Of a stretch of 64,000 bases of DNA, positions 62,059-64,000 are shown one piece after another; position 1 is the stretch's first letter; the number at the start of each line of letters is the position of its first letter. This DNA is from Wickerhamiella versatilis (Eukaryota). The position numbers and the translations under genes are program-made. Below the pieces are notes generated by a model. The model was not told the DNA's origin and did no database searches. It worked only from the letters and a program-made list of their open reading frames with translations. Location: contig JAQOWU010000007.1 of the NCBI GenBank assembly GCA_030867685.1, positions 992,001 to 1,056,000 on the forward strand, given 5' to 3'.

Positions 62059-63993
62059 ATGTCTAGCAAGAGAAGAGCCTTGGGACAACTCACCAAGGAT
62101 GGTATAGGAGGTGATGATAGTGACAGCGATCATAATACGCGTTCCACTGCCTCTGCTGCAATTCTTTCTCAACGAAAGCTAGCAGTACCACGTGGAAAGT
62201 CTGGTGCGCAGGCCGGGGCGTTCGCTAATCCGTTCGCAGCTCTAAAGCCTCAGCCTGAGGGCGCCAACCCAGTTTCAAATCCATTCGCTAGTTTTTCTAA
62301 ACAAACACCTCAGAACAATACAACCTTGAGGTTACGGGCTCTCAATGAGAAATTTGCAGACACAATAGCTAATTTGATCCGGGACTCTCCGAATACCAGT
62401 TGGGTACAGACATGTGAGAGCTATATCCGCTATCATGGTAACATTATGAAGGAGCAAACGCCTGAACCAAATAAGATTCCAACGCAATCTTCTGAGCCGG
62501 TAGCGAAAAAGGAGCCTGTGCCGGCGAAGTCAGAGGGTGATTCTAGTGTGGTAATGAAGGACGACAATAGTTCTAGCAGCTCTGATTCTGAAGAGGAAGA
62601 AGATGAACGCCAGGGCCTGAAGGCAACTGCGGACAATCCTTTCAAGAATGGGTTCAAATTTGGTGGATCTAGTTCCAGCAGCGATAAGTTCGCTTTTGGT
62701 GGAAAGGTCGTCGATGTTTCATCAAATCACAGTAAGAGTAAATCAAGCGGAGGATTTGTGTTCGAGGGTGGAAAGGGAAAGATTAATTTTGCCGACACAG
62801 GGAATGATCCGGCCTTCTCAGCTAATAGTGGTTCCACAAAGTCAGATGACGATAAAAAAGAAAGCGGTGCCGGTAATAAGACGGTTGGCTCTAAACCACT
62901 GGGTGATTCTGCAGCAGAAAGCCGCCCATTATTTACCTTTGGCAAAAAAGAGGACAATTCGCAAGATAAAGAAGAGGGAGAGAGTTCTGAGGGGAATAAT
63001 CAGAAACCCATGTTCAGCTTTGGCAGTGCATCCGGGAAAGAACCTCAGGATAAGCCCACATTCAGTTTTGAAAAACCTGAACAACCGTCTAAATCAGAGA
63101 ATGCGCCGGCATTTAGTTTCGGTAAACCTGATCCAAAAAAATCCTCTGAATCCCAGGTAAAGCCTGTATTTAGCTTTGGGTCAGGCGAAAATAAGCCATC
63201 ATTAGAGAAGCCAACATTCAGCTTTGGATCTAATACTGAAAAGGACAAGCCTGCATTCAGTTTCGGGGCTAGTACTGAAAAGGACAAGCCTGCGTTCAGT
63301 TTCGGGGCTAACACTGAAAAGGACAAGCCTGCGTTTAGTTTCGGGTCTAACACCGAAAAGGACAAGCCTGCGTTCAGTTTTGAATCTAGTACTGAGAAGG
63401 ACAAGCCGGCATTCAGTTTCTCTTCGAATTCTGGAACAGACAAGCCGGCATTTAGTTTTGGTTCTGGGTCATTCAAATTTGGCCAGCCTGGTGGAAATTC
63501 TTCATTCACTTTCGGTAAAACACCAAATCCTTTTGGTCAGTCAAGTGAGACAAGCTGGAAACCGGGTCAAAAAGTTGAGATCCAGCAGCCCGAGGAGGAA
63601 CAGCCTGCCGAACCCGAGGGAGGAGAGGAGGATCAATCAAATCTAGATGGTCCAGGCCCTGGCGAGGAAGATGAGGATGCTATCTTCGAGCACAGATCGA
63701 AGGCTTATGTGTCCGAGGACAAACAGTACAAATCATTGGGTGTAGGCCAGCTGCGGATTCTTAAAAACCGCAAAACTGGATTTGCACGCGCTTTATTGAG
63801 ATCCGAGGGCGGTGGCAGGCCACTTTTGAATATTCCCCTCAAAGAAGGACTCGAATATCCTGTGACTGGCAAGACGAATGTCCAAATTATGGATCCTGTT
63901 GCAGAGAATGGACCCAAGGCATACTTGGTTCGTGTTAAAACAGAAGATGATGCAAAACTCTTAAAAGAGAAAATCGATGAAGTGAAGAACTAA
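62059..63993 (+). CDS. NUP2: Nucleoporin Nup2/Nup50-like
   Basis: N-terminal KRRA..QLTKD, LRALNEKF, FxFG repeats, C-terminal RanBD (GPGEEDE, LGVGQLRILK). Confidence 0.9.
   Translation: MSSKRRALGQLTKDGIGGDDSDSDHNTRSTASAAILSQRKLAVPRGKSGAQAGAFANPFAALKPQPEGANPVSNPFASFSKQTPQNNTTLRLRALNEKFADTIANLIRDSPNTSWVQTCESYIRYHGNIMKEQTPEPNKIPTQSSEPVAKKEPVPAKSEGDSSVVMKDDNSSSSSDSEEEEDERQGLKATADNPFKNGFKFGGSSSSSDKFAFGGKVVDVSSNHSKSKSSGGFVFEGGKGKINFADTGNDPAFSANSGSTKSDDDKKESGAGNKTVGSKPLGDSAAESRPLFTFGKKEDNSQDKEEGESSEGNNQKPMFSFGSASGKEPQDKPTFSFEKPEQPSKSENAPAFSFGKPDPKKSSESQVKPVFSFGSGENKPSLEKPTFSFGSNTEKDKPAFSFGASTEKDKPAFSFGANTEKDKPAFSFGSNTEKDKPAFSFESSTEKDKPAFSFSSNSGTDKPAFSFGSGSFKFGQPGGNSSFTFGKTPNPFGQSSETSWKPGQKVEIQQPEEEQPAEPEGGEEDQSNLDGPGPGEEDEDAIFEHRSKAYVSEDKQYKSLGVGQLRILKNRKTGFARALLRSEGGGRPLLNIPLKEGLEYPVTGKTNVQIMDPVAENGPKAYLVRVKTEDDAKLLKEKIDEVKN
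63232..63465 (+). repeat. Coding tandem repeat, 39-nt unit ([N/S]TEKDKPAFSFGx), about 6 copies
   Basis: Near-identical ACTGAAAAGGACAAGCCTGCRTTYAGTTTC units. Confidence 0.93.
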
Positions 63994-64000
63994 TTCACAA

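Noticed and set aside
63045-63646. Regular 39-nt repeats resembling an array, with overlapping ORFs
   Set aside because: No unique spacers; in-frame nucleoporin repeats in a eukaryotic gene, not CRISPR.
1-64000. Horizontally acquired bacterial operon, transposon, tRNA or riboswitch
   Set aside because: All long ORFs that I could assign are eukaryotic families. No transposase, RT, LTR, tRNA cloverleaf or TPP aptamer consensus was seen by eye.

Overview
A gene-dense fungal chromosome segment with about 38 mostly intron-less housekeeping genes and some intergenic gaps under 50 bp. The proteins look Saccharomycotina-like; the compactness and the ACTAAC(N0-3)AG intron ends suggest a Yarrowia/Wickerhamiella/Starmerella-type yeast (inference only). 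Recognised genes include KAP120 (partial), NPT1, UTP17/NAN1, MRD1, FAR11, VAC8, EDC3, a CLG1-like cyclin, PFK26, SHY1, SEC24, TSA1, ARV1, HCR1, NUP42, TOP3, ERG25, GID4, a YMC-type carrier, ARO7, VPS15, NOP58, RPS25 and NUP2. I saw no tRNA, rRNA, transposon or bacterial-looking operon. Four observations stand out. (1) A secreted, strongly codon-biased acid-phosphatase-family protein has apparently lost nearly all catalytic and metal-binding residues. (2) An unexplained ~1.1 kb structured intergenic segment has a TTAGGG-type template motif, a boundary hairpin, pseudoknot-compatible helices and an Sm-like site, making it a speculative telomerase RNA candidate. (3) There is a miniature Est1/SMG7-like protein. 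(4) Two introns are missed by the ORF track, one of them 531 nt behind a 6-nt first exon. All family calls come from motif recognition, not database searches.
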